A DNA stretch of 64,000 nucleotides from Mariprofundaceae bacterium (GTDB lineage: Bacteria; Pseudomonadota; Zetaproteobacteria; Mariprofundales; Mariprofundaceae), in contig JALWPO010000154.1 in assembly GCA_026994965.1 (NCBI GenBank), positions 163-64,162 of the forward strand, written 5' to 3'. Of this stretch, positions 54,970-63,561 are shown in pieces (position 1 is the stretch's first letter; the number at the start of each line of letters is the position of its first letter). The translations under genes and the position numbers were made by a program. Below the pieces are notes generated by a model that did not search any database, was not told where the DNA came from, and saw nothing but the letters and a program-made list of their open reading frames with translations.

Positions 54970-56907
54970 TTACACCTCAGAAAACGCTATTTGTTTTTCT
55001 TCCAAACTTTCCCAGCGAGCATAGGCATCGCGTAGCATATCGTCCAATACGGATAAACGCCGCTGATCTTTTTGATAACCTTCTTCATCATCCGTAAAGT
55101 AGTTTGGATTACAGAATCGCACTTCAATATCCGCTTTTTCTGCTTCCATCTGCTCAATTTGAATGGGTAAATCATCCAGCTCTTTCTGCTCTTTGTATGA
55201 AAGCTTTCTGGGGGTTTTATCCTTTTTGGGCACAGTTTCTTTTTTTTGCGGTGTTTTTTTAATTTTAACTTCTTTTTTTACCGCTTCCAAGCGCCGCTGC
55301 TTCCAAGCTTGATAATCTGAATAACCACCTTCAATAGGAATGATTTGACCATCGCCCTCAAACGCCAATACACGCGAGACAACCCTATCCATAAAAGCTC
55401 TATCATGGCTAACAATGATGACTGTACCATCATACTTCGCCAAAGCCTTCTCTAACACTGCAAGTGTACCAATATCCAAATCATTGGTTGGCTCATCCAA
55501 AATCAATACATTCGCAGACTCAAGCAATAATTTCGCAAGTAGCAAGCGCCCTCGTTCACCGCCTGAAAGCGCTGATACACGCGCATTCAACCTCTCTTTA
55601 TCAAACAAGAAATCCTGCATATAAGAGACAATATGGCGCGGCTCATGACCACCAATATACACATAATTGCCACCTTCAGGCAGCAATACATCTTTAAGCT
55701 TACTCTGCTCATTCAAATCCCGCATTTGCGTTAAAAATGCAGGTGCAAGGCGCACGCCATGCCGAACCCGTCCCTCATTGGGCGAGATTTCACCCAGTAA
55801 AATTTTAAGCAGTGTCGTTTTGCCTATGCCATTAGGGCCAAGCAGCCCCACACGCTCCCCTGCCATAATTTTATGCTCAAATTGCCTCGCAATAACAATC
55901 TTTTCACCATTTTCTCGTGTGAACGTATGCGAAAGCGCAACCGCTTCCATCAACATTTTACCAGGTTTTACGCCACATGCCACGCGCAAATCCACATCGC
56001 CACCACGCATGCGCCGCTGGGCGCGCTGCTTTCTTAAATCTTCCAAAGCGCGAACACGCCCCTCATTTCTGCGTCGCCGCGCGGGAATACCTCGACGAAT
56101 CCAACGCTCTTCACCTGCTAACATGGTATCAAATTTTTGATGTTGCGCCGCTTCGATTGCCAATATTTCAGCTTTCTTTTCCAAATACTCGGCATATGAA
56201 TATGGAAAATGGGTAAGTTTGCCTCTATCCAATTCAATAATTTCTTCTGCCACAGCATCCAAGAAATACCTATCATGCGTAATAAACAGCACTGAACCTG
56301 GAAAATCAGCCACAAAATCTTCCAACCATTCAATCGAATCAATATCCAAGTGATTGGTAGGCTCATCAAGCAGTAGAATATCAGGATTAGAAACCACAGC
56401 TTGCGCCAATGCCACCCTGCGCAACCAGCCACCCGATAGCTCGCCTACATCACGTTGTGGCTCAAGATGCAATTTTGAAATCGCCATTTCAATACGCGCA
56501 TGCCATTGCCATGCACCTGCATGCTCTAACTCACCCTGTAGTTTCTCTACATGTTTTAATGCTTTCGCTGATGTATCTATTTCAAGATTTTGCAAGGCTT
56601 GTTGATAGGATTCAAGCAATGCTGCCACAGCGCCCAAACCTTCTGCCACCACATGAAATACACTCTGACCAGCTTCAAAATGCGGCGCTTGCGGTAAATA
56701 TGCGACCTTTACACCGTTTCTTAGCGTGACCTCGCCACTATCAGTATCCACCAAACCTGCCATGATTTTGAGCAAGGTGGATTTGCCTTCACCATTACGG
56801 CCAATCAAGCCAATGCGCACACCCTTAGCAATACTCAAACTCACATCATCCAATAAAACTTGTGACCCAAAGGCTTTATCAAGGTGGTTTAAGGTCATCA
56901 TCGGCAT
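54970..56907 (-). CDS. uup: ABC-F family ATPase (Uup-like)
   Basis: Two ABC cassettes (GRNGEGKST / LSGGWLRR / LLLDEPTNHLD and GPNGIGKTT / LSGGERGR / LILDEPTNDLD), a K-rich linker and a C-terminal coiled coil. Confidence 0.9.
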   Translation of the reverse strand: MPMMTLNHLDKAFGSQVLLDDVSLSIAKGVRIGLIGRNGEGKSTLLKIMAGLVDTDSGEVTLRNGVKVAYLPQAPHFEAGQSVFHVVAEGLGAVAALLESYQQALQNLEIDTSAKALKHVEKLQGELEHAGAWQWHARIEMAISKLHLEPQRDVGELSGGWLRRVALAQAVVSNPDILLLDEPTNHLDIDSIEWLEDFVADFPGSVLFITHDRYFLDAVAEEIIELDRGKLTHFPYSYAEYLEKKAEILAIEAAQHQKFDTMLAGEERWIRRGIPARRRRNEGRVRALEDLRKQRAQRRMRGGDVDLRVACGVKPGKMLMEAVALSHTFTRENGEKIVIARQFEHKIMAGERVGLLGPNGIGKTTLLKILLGEISPNEGRVRHGVRLAPAFLTQMRDLNEQSKLKDVLLPEGGNYVYIGGHEPRHIVSYMQDFLFDKERLNARVSALSGGERGRLLLAKLLLESANVLILDEPTNDLDIGTLAVLEKALAKYDGTVIIVSHDRAFMDRVVSRVLAFEGDGQIIPIEGGYSDYQAWKQRRLEAVKKEVKIKKTPQKKETVPKKDKTPRKLSYKEQKELDDLPIQIEQMEAEKADIEVRFCNPNYFTDDEEGYQKDQRRLSVLDDMLRDAYARWESLEEKQIAFSEV

Positions 56908-56910
56908 GTG

Positions 56911-56943
56911 CCAACACTAGCGCATATCACAGCTAAACTTCCA
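56911..56943 (+). repeat. 33-nt direct repeat, copy A (partner at 57767-57799)
   Basis: CCAACACTAGCGCATATCACAGCTAAACTTCCA versus CCAACAATAACGCATATCACAGCTAAACTTCCA. Copy A starts 4 nt from the uup start codon. Confidence 0.85.
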
Positions 56944-57039
56944 GCCGTGCACCACAAAAATCACACAATGATTGTATTTAGTAAACTGTCACCGTAATTT
57001 CAATTTGGCTTAGCCACTACACTAAGACACTCCATACTT

Positions 57040-57153
57040 CCTGTCAGTTCAGGGGACACAATATATAATTCAACCTATTCATTAGCCCAGAATGGTAACT
57101 TTCCAACACAAAATCAAATAATTAAGTATTGTGTCCCCCGAACTTCGGACAGG
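57040..57153 (+). repeat. palindromic-ended MITE/REP-like element, copy A (core 57052-57138)
   Basis: The core has perfect 12-bp inverted ends, GGGGACACAATA...TATTGTGTCCCC. The extended arms CCTGTCAGTTCAGGGGACACAATA and TATTGTGTCCCCCGAACTTCGGACAGG pair, with a 3-nt bulge and one mismatch. Confidence 0.75.
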
Positions 57154-57165
57154 TTGCTGTGCTTT

Positions 57166-57618
57166 CTACACTCTGGTTTTTTCGAAATCCGTCAATTTGC
57201 CCGTTTCAATATTCAATCTGGCGCGATAATCGCTGTTGCCATCGTTAAGGTAGACATAACAAATTCTATCTCTGTGATTACATTCAACATAATAGAATGA
57301 AGCATTATTGGGTTCCGAGCCTTCCAACCCAACTGTGGGTGAAACTCGAAATCGCTCACGGCCATCAGGCTCAAAAAAAACCAATTCTCCACCCTTCCGT
57401 TCTCCATCTCTCTCGATAAAAATTACACCTGTTTTATCTGGGAGAAACTCAGGAGGCGATGCCTGCTTATAACATTTCGTAACAAGCTTCCCATTATTCT
57501 CCCATTGCGCCCCGACAATCTTTTTTTTAGGGAAGATTCCTTTCGCATATTGATCATCGAACCACTTCGAAGATATCCGCTCTCCATCTTCTGTTATTTT
57601 ATATATTTCCTTCATCAT
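57166..57618 (-). CDS. orphan hypothetical protein (150 aa)
   Basis: ATG at 57618 has GAGGTG 6 nt upstream, whereas the track start at 57660 is a TTG. I recognise no motif. It is bracketed by the two palindromic elements. Confidence 0.55.
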   Translation of the reverse strand: MMKEIYKITEDGERISSKWFDDQYAKGIFPKKKIVGAQWENNGKLVTKCYKQASPPEFLPDKTGVIFIERDGERKGGELVFFEPDGRERFRVSPTVGLEGSEPNNASFYYVECNHRDRICYVYLNDGNSDYRARLNIETGKLTDFEKTRV

Positions 57619-57664
57619 TCCAATCACCTCAATGGGATAGGATTGCCAACCAATTCTCAATTAT

Positions 57665-57752
57665 GGGGACACAATATATAATTCAATCTATTCATAAGCC
57701 CAGAATGGTAACTTTCGCGCACAAAATCAAATCATTATGTGTTATGTCCGCC
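57665..57752 (+). repeat. palindromic-ended MITE/REP-like element, copy B (right end degenerate)
   Basis: Same orientation as copy A and roughly 85-90% identical by eye (GGGGACACAATATATAATTCAATCTATTCATAAGCCCAGAATGGTAACTTTC...). The right end TGTGTTATGTCCGCC has diverged. Confidence 0.75.
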
Positions 57753-57766
57753 AAACTAGGCATACA

Positions 57767-57799
57767 CCAACAATAACGCATATCACAGCTAAACTTCCA
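57767..57799 (+). repeat. 33-nt direct repeat, copy B
   Basis: See 56911-56943. The copies are 856 bp apart and enclose both palindromic elements and the orphan ORF. Confidence 0.85.
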
Positions 57800-57807
57800 C
57801 TCATCTG

Positions 57808-57865
57808 CCTATTTGTTTCATATTCATATTACAGTTACACTGCGCTAATGTTTTTTAGTGGGTTA
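57808..57865 (+). repeat. 57-nt direct repeat, copy A (duplicate of the 5' end and upstream of the DUF4390 gene)
   Basis: CCTATTTGTTTCATATTCATATTACAGTTACACTGCGCTAATGTTTTTTAGTGGGTTA versus 58021-58077 CCTATTTGTTTCACAGATATTTACAGCTACACTGCGCTAATGTTTTTTAGTGGGTTA. Confidence 0.85.
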
Positions 57866-58020
57866 CGTTACGGGCTACGTTACGGGGTCGAACCAAGCTA
57901 ACACCTTGATAATCATAATATTTCATTAAAATAAACAATGTTTTCAATGCTTACAGCCTCCTTTTTGCCACCCAAATGAACATTGTAAACACTTTCAGCC
58001 GCATGCCAAGAAAAGCCTCT

Positions 58021-58077
58021 CCTATTTGTTTCACAGATATTTACAGCTACACTGCGCTAATGTTTTTTAGTGGGTTA
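58021..58077 (+). repeat. 57-nt direct repeat, copy B (contains the likely start codon of the DUF4390 gene)
   Basis: See 57808-57865. The period is about 213 nt. Confidence 0.85.
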
Positions 58078-58626
58078 AAATCAAGCGGTGTAAAACACAG
58101 TTTTAAACAACTGTGCTTGCTGTTCATGATGTTTTTTACACACCTTGCCTATGCAGAAGAGCCGCTGGCTAAACTGCATATCGAGACCGATGGCAATGTG
58201 ATTTATTGCAGTACCTCACCCCATATTAATATTCAAAAGCTTTCGCCATTGCTTCAAGATGGCATTCCCATCACCTTCACTTGGGACATCAGTATAGAAG
58301 AAGCGCATGATTACTGGCTGAATAAAGATGTTGGCAGCGTACAGTTTTATCGCCAAATCATGCCAGATTTAGTTTCGCGTCAATGGCTATTAAAGGATTC
58401 TAACAGTGGCATTTCACGCGCCACAGCATCTAAACAACAAGCCTTATCTTTTCTCTCACAACTCCAGCATTTTGCCGTGATTGATAAAAGCCTTCTCACT
58501 TCTGGCAGCACTTATGAAATTCGTGTTCGCCTCTATATTGAAGAGGGTGAGCCCAGCAATGGCTGGTGGAGCAGGCTTATCAAATTAGGCAAAACGGTTT
58601 CACTGGGCAGGTTTACCATGCCATGA
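58060..58626 (+). CDS. DUF4390-like periplasmic protein
   Basis: Signal peptide MFFSGLKSSGVKHSFKQLCLLFMMFFTHLAYA. The body (ITFTWDISIEEAHDYWLNKDVGSVQFYRQIMPDLVSRQWLL...ALSFLSQL...YEIRVRLYIEEGE) fits my memory of DUF4390. The position upstream of ntrYX matches beta/gamma-proteobacteria. Confidence 0.6.
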   Translation: MFFSGLKSSGVKHSFKQLCLLFMMFFTHLAYAEEPLAKLHIETDGNVIYCSTSPHINIQKLSPLLQDGIPITFTWDISIEEAHDYWLNKDVGSVQFYRQIMPDLVSRQWLLKDSNSGISRATASKQQALSFLSQLQHFAVIDKSLLTSGSTYEIRVRLYIEEGEPSNGWWSRLIKLGKTVSLGRFTMP

Positions 58627-60773
58627 ATATATGGATTCGTATTCTACCACTTACCCTCGCTTCACTACTTTGGTTGCTTATTTTTTGGCTATGGCCAACG
58701 CATGGCTCTCCAACACTAGCTTGGATTAATATTGTATTATTATTTTCATTTTCTATTGCGCTAAGCATTTATGGCATCAAACTATTTCGCCAAACAGATG
58801 AACCACGGCCAGGCTCACGACTACGCGCCAAACTTGTGATTGGTTTGGTGGGTATGCTGCTTATCCCAGCAGGCACACTACAAATTGCAGCCAACCAAAT
58901 GGTTGAGAAAGGTATGAATGTTTGGTTTGATGTACGTGTAGATACCCTTCTGGATCGCGCTTTGAGCTTGGCACAAGGTTTTTATAGCCGTATTGACCAT
59001 GATTTGCGTCAGAATTTAGTGCATGTCATGCATGATGATGTGTTATTAACAGAGATTGATAATTTTCCCGCCAATTATACCGCACTTAACACACACTTGA
59101 CCGAAATTATCCAAGATGAAGGCTGGCAAAGCCTTCAACTTTACGATCGCAATGAACGTCTTGTGGCTGCGGTAGAATTAAAAGGACTTTCAAGCTTTAA
59201 AACTGAAAAACTAAGTGAACAGGCAAAGCTATCTATGGCATTGGGTAGAGTGACCAGCGAGCTTGGCAAACGTAATGGTGGAGAAGTGTTGATTGGCTAT
59301 GCCCCCATAGAAATTCATCGGCGTATTGTTGGTTTATTCAAAGCTGAAGTTGCACTTCCCGATGGTTTGGTCAAACATGCTCGTGCCGTTGAATCGGATT
59401 ACCGAACCTACAAAGAGCTTGAGCACCACCGTCAATCGATTCGTGAAACTTTTACCCATACTATGCTTTTTGTCACTTTATTGATTGTATTGGCAGTAGG
59501 CTTGGTGGCATTAGGCTTTTCTCGTAGGCTTACCAGCCCTATTGGTAATCTAGCACGCGCGCTCAAACGTATTACCGATGGCGATTTGGATGTGGTGATT
59601 CCTGATGCGCCTGATGATGATTTAGGTGCTTTAGTACACTCATTCAATCGCATGTCCATGCGCATGAAAGAAAATGTAGAAGCCTTAGAAAAAGCACAAT
59701 CTGATTTAACCGCGGCTTTAGCAAGCAGTGAGCAGCGCCAACATGTATTGGAAACACTCTTGGCAAACTTGCAAAGCGGCGTATTGCTACTCAATGCAGA
59801 AGGTGAAATTCGACTGATTAATGAATCCCTGCGTCATTTGCTCACATTATCGCCAGATGAATGGGCAGTCGGCAAAAACTTCAGTTCATTAAGCCGTGGA
59901 AAGCTCAAGATGTTTTATGAATTCTACGATGAGCTTAGTCATCAACAAAATGAAACCCTGCAACGTGAGTTGGAAATCAACATCCAAGGCAAAAAATATT
60001 ATTTACTTGCGCGCGGCGCGCGCCTAACCGCATCAGATACAACCGAATTCTCGGGCTACTTATTGTTGCTTGATGATGTCAGTCAATTGGCAGAGGCACA
60101 AAAACACAGAGCTTGGTCTGAAGTTGCCCAACGCTTGGCACATGAAATTAAAAATCCGCTCACACCCATTAAACTTGCCGCTGAACGCTTGCAGCGCCGC
60201 TTTCGCAATCAAGTGGACAACCACGATGTTTTCGATAGTTGTACACAAGCTATTATTGTACAAGTCGAACGCTTACAGCGCCTCATTGCTGATTTTTCTT
60301 CTTTAGCAAAATTGCCAAAACCCAGCAGAAAACTATCACCTTGCAGCGCATTTATGCTTGAAATTCGCGATTTATACAGCGCTTATCCGCGCGTGCATGT
60401 GGAGAATACAGACACAACACTTTCATGCTATTGTGATGCTGACCAAATACGGCAAATTCTTATCAACTTGATGGAAAATGCCTTGGCTGCAACCGCAGAG
60501 AAGCAACAAGATGTGCGCTTTTACCTTACACAAGAAGATAATTTTGTGTTGTTTCATACTGAGGATGATGGCGCTGGCATACCCGATAATGTGCGCGAAC
60601 ATATTTTTGAAGCATACTACTCAACCAAATCTGATGGCTCTGGTCTGGGATTATCCATTGCCAAACGGATTGCAGATGAACATGAAGGTGATTTATGTTT
60701 GGTTTCTGCTGCCAATCCAACACACTTTTGTCTATCCTTACCCATGCAATCAACTAAACAGGAGCAAGCATGA
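58623..60773 (+). CDS. ntrY: NtrY-like sensor histidine kinase (TM-HAMP-PAS-HisKA-HATPase)
   Basis: N-terminal TMs, HAMP (LTSPIGNLARALKRITDGDLDVVIP...LVHSFNRMSMRM), H-box AHEIKNPLTPIKLAAERL, and G-boxes DDGAGIP and GSGLGLSIAKRI. The ATG overlaps the upstream stop as ATGA. Confidence 0.85.
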   Translation: MNIWIRILPLTLASLLWLLIFWLWPTHGSPTLAWINIVLLFSFSIALSIYGIKLFRQTDEPRPGSRLRAKLVIGLVGMLLIPAGTLQIAANQMVEKGMNVWFDVRVDTLLDRALSLAQGFYSRIDHDLRQNLVHVMHDDVLLTEIDNFPANYTALNTHLTEIIQDEGWQSLQLYDRNERLVAAVELKGLSSFKTEKLSEQAKLSMALGRVTSELGKRNGGEVLIGYAPIEIHRRIVGLFKAEVALPDGLVKHARAVESDYRTYKELEHHRQSIRETFTHTMLFVTLLIVLAVGLVALGFSRRLTSPIGNLARALKRITDGDLDVVIPDAPDDDLGALVHSFNRMSMRMKENVEALEKAQSDLTAALASSEQRQHVLETLLANLQSGVLLLNAEGEIRLINESLRHLLTLSPDEWAVGKNFSSLSRGKLKMFYEFYDELSHQQNETLQRELEINIQGKKYYLLARGARLTASDTTEFSGYLLLLDDVSQLAEAQKHRAWSEVAQRLAHEIKNPLTPIKLAAERLQRRFRNQVDNHDVFDSCTQAIIVQVERLQRLIADFSSLAKLPKPSRKLSPCSAFMLEIRDLYSAYPRVHVENTDTTLSCYCDADQIRQILINLMENALAATAEKQQDVRFYLTQEDNFVLFHTEDDGAGIPDNVREHIFEAYYSTKSDGSGLGLSIAKRIADEHEGDLCLVSAANPTHFCLSLPMQSTKQEQA

Positions 60774-62152
60774 ACGCACGCATTATGATTGTTGATGATG
60801 AACAAGCCATTCGCGAATCATTGCAGGGCTTATTTGAAGATGAAGACTATGTGGTCACCACTGCACCTTCAGGAGAAGAAGCAGTGGCTCGCTTTCGCAA
60901 GCAATCTGTCGACTGTGTTTTGCTGGATATTTGGATGCCTGGTATTGATGGCTTAGAAACCATGATGCGTTTACACCAAATTGACAAGGATTTACCCATT
61001 ATTGTCATGTCTGGTCATGCCACCATTGATACTGCCGTACGCGCAACACGCCAAGGTGCATTTGATTTTGTCGAAAAGCCACTTTCATCAGATAAGCTGC
61101 TTATTCTTGTACGCAACGCACTAGAAAAACGCAAATTAACACAAGAAAACAGTGAGTTAAAACAGAGCATTCAACAGCAATCGCATCATGAATTAATCGG
61201 TAAAAGTGCGGTCATCCAAGAAGTTCATCAATTGATTCAGCGTGTTGCTGTTACTGATACTCCAGTATTACTGTTGGGTGAACATGGCACAGGCAAGGCC
61301 ATTGCTGCCCGCCTGCTACACAGGCAATCCAAACGTGCCGAATCACCATTTATAGATATTAATATCGCAAGCATTCCCGATGGGCAATTGGATTCTACAT
61401 TATTCGGGCATGAAAAAGGAGCTTTCCCTGGAGCGCTTCATAGCACACACGGACGCTTTGAGGCTGCGCATACGGGCAGTTTATTTTTTGATGAAATCAG
61501 CGAGCTGAGTTTAAGTGCACAAGCAAAGGTTCTACGCGCCATGCAAGAAAGGCGAATTCAACGCTTGGGCAATCCAACATATATTTCTGCCAACGTCCGC
61601 ATTATGGGGGCAACTTCTAAAAAACCTGAGCAAATGCTAGAGCAAGGTTTATTGCGTGAGGACTTTTATTACCGCCTCAATGTCATCACCATTCAAATGC
61701 CTACGTTGCGCGAGCGCATGGAAGATTTACCATTGATAGCAGAAGCACTGGCGCTTGAACAAGCAGAATTGCTTGGTGGTGAGCAAATCCAATTCTCCGA
61801 TTCTGCATTGGATTTGATGCAGTCTTATCATTGGAGCGGCAATATTCGAGAATTACGTAATCATGTTGAGCGCTGTCATATCCTCTATCCTGGTGAGCTT
61901 ATCACACCTGAAAACATGCCGCCACTGGATGGCAATGCACAACCCAAAAAACATATACAAACACCAGATGTAAACACCTTAGAACACAAGTTTAGCCATG
62001 CACGCGAACATTTTGAACGCAGCTATTTATTGCATCATTTGAATAAAAATGAATGGAATATTAGTCGTACTGCTGCAGATATTGGTATGGAGAGGAGCCA
62101 ACTCCATCGTAAAATCAAAAGCTTTTCACTCACACAGGGAGATAGCACATGA
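60770..62152 (+). CDS. ntrX: NtrX-like response regulator with an AAA+ domain (degenerate GAFTGA)
   Basis: Receiver IMIVDDEQAIRE, LLDIWMPGIDG, EKPL. AAA+ with GEHGTGKA and GAFPGA. C-terminal HTH NISRTAADIGMERSQLHRKIK. Confidence 0.85.
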   Translation: MNARIMIVDDEQAIRESLQGLFEDEDYVVTTAPSGEEAVARFRKQSVDCVLLDIWMPGIDGLETMMRLHQIDKDLPIIVMSGHATIDTAVRATRQGAFDFVEKPLSSDKLLILVRNALEKRKLTQENSELKQSIQQQSHHELIGKSAVIQEVHQLIQRVAVTDTPVLLLGEHGTGKAIAARLLHRQSKRAESPFIDINIASIPDGQLDSTLFGHEKGAFPGALHSTHGRFEAAHTGSLFFDEISELSLSAQAKVLRAMQERRIQRLGNPTYISANVRIMGATSKKPEQMLEQGLLREDFYYRLNVITIQMPTLRERMEDLPLIAEALALEQAELLGGEQIQFSDSALDLMQSYHWSGNIRELRNHVERCHILYPGELITPENMPPLDGNAQPKKHIQTPDVNTLEHKFSHAREHFERSYLLHHLNKNEWNISRTAADIGMERSQLHRKIKSFSLTQGDST

Positions 62153-63525
62153 ATGTTTTAATTCTTGGCGCAGGTGAAGTTGGCTTTCATATTGCGCAAC
62201 GTCTCGCATCAGAAGGCAATAATGTTTCAGTGATTGATAATGATGCTGCGCGCTTACAACGTGTTGCCGATACCATGGATGTTAAAACTATTTTGGGGCA
62301 TGCGACCCATCCAAGCACATTAGCTCAAGCAGGTGCTGACAACGCAGAACTATTAATTGCTGCAACCACCAGTGATGAAGCCAATATGCTTGCATGCCAA
62401 GTTGCACATTCCCTATTCAAAGTAACCACCAAAATGGCGCGTATTCGTGAGACCGATTATGTCAATCACCCTAACTTGTTCGGGCGTGATGAACTTCCTA
62501 TTGATTTAATTATTTCCCCTGAAAATGAAGCTGCAAAATCCATCATCAAACGTTTCCAAGTCACTTCTGCTGTAGACGCACAAGAATTTGCGGATGGTAA
62601 AGTGCAATTGCTGGGTATGCGTATTCCACCCAAGGGTGACTTGGCAGGTATTGCACTCAATGAATTACATGAAGTGCTTGGTGATTTAAGAGCCTATGTA
62701 GTTGCGCATGAACACAATCAACACTGGCATGTTCCCAAGCCTGATACCGTATTGTTAGCTGGTGATAGCATTTATATGGCTGTTGCTGGGCATAGGGTGA
62801 ATGACTTATTGCAAGCTATGGGCACTTCATCCAATGCCAAACGAGCTACTCAGCGCCAAGTGATGATTGTTGGTGGTGGGCATGTGGGATATATCGTTGC
62901 CGAACAACTTGAAAAACTTGGTGTATCGGTAAAATTGATTGAATATAATCCCGAGCGTGCAGAATGGCTGGCCGAACATTTGGAGAGCACAGTTGTGATT
63001 CATGGCGACGCTTTGGATAGACAGCTGCTTGAAGAGGAATCCATTGATACCATGGATGACTTTCTGGCACTAACCAATGATGATGAAACCAATATCCTTG
63101 GTAGTTTAGTCGCCAAAAAATACAAAGTTCCACATATTGTAACCTTGGTTAATCGTGCAATTTATACAGATTTAATGCGGGAAATGGGCTTAGAAATCAC
63201 CGTGTCACCACGTCTAACCACAGCCTCAGCTATTTTGCGTCATGTGAGAAAAGGTCGAATTTTTGGTCTATCTTCTTTGGGTGATGGCACATTGGAAGTC
63301 CTTGAAGCTGAAGCACTCAAAACATCTGCCATTTTGGATGCACCATTGGCTGAACTTCAACTCCCTGATAATACCGTGATTGGTGCCATTATTCGTGGTG
63401 AGCAAGTGATTATCCCTGATGGACATTCAAAGGTAGAACCCAATGATCATGTGCTCTTGATTACGCAAGGTAATGCCTTACGTGAAGTTGAAAAGCTCTT
63501 TGAAGTCAGCTTGGAATTCTTTTGA
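62149..63525 (+). CDS. trkA: Trk potassium uptake system NAD-binding protein TrkA
   Basis: Two RCK_N/RCK_C units: MNVLILGAGEVGFHIAQRL and VMIVGGGHVGYIVAEQL. 458 aa. Confidence 0.95.
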   Translation: MNVLILGAGEVGFHIAQRLASEGNNVSVIDNDAARLQRVADTMDVKTILGHATHPSTLAQAGADNAELLIAATTSDEANMLACQVAHSLFKVTTKMARIRETDYVNHPNLFGRDELPIDLIISPENEAAKSIIKRFQVTSAVDAQEFADGKVQLLGMRIPPKGDLAGIALNELHEVLGDLRAYVVAHEHNQHWHVPKPDTVLLAGDSIYMAVAGHRVNDLLQAMGTSSNAKRATQRQVMIVGGGHVGYIVAEQLEKLGVSVKLIEYNPERAEWLAEHLESTVVIHGDALDRQLLEEESIDTMDDFLALTNDDETNILGSLVAKKYKVPHIVTLVNRAIYTDLMREMGLEITVSPRLTTASAILRHVRKGRIFGLSSLGDGTLEVLEAEALKTSAILDAPLAELQLPDNTVIGAIIRGEQVIIPDGHSKVEPNDHVLLITQGNALREVEKLFEVSLEFF

Positions 63526-63561
63526 TGGGCTTCTGTCATACCATCAACACAGGTTCTCACC

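Noticed and set aside
57040-57752. Integron attC sites / a CALIN-type gene cassette
   Set aside because: The palindromic elements superficially resemble attC (imperfect hairpin with a bulge, flanking a promoter-proximal small ORF). However, on both strands the arms read 5'-GTTC...GAAC-3', the opposite polarity to the attC R''(RYYYAAC)...R'(GTTRRRY) arrangement. The 7-mers also fit the consensus poorly, there are only two copies, and no intI is present.
57862-57900. tRNA fragment (GGGGTCGAACC resembles a T-arm)
   Set aside because: There is no complementary stem half, no acceptor stem and no anticodon arm. It is part of a short tandem repeat at a recombination junction.
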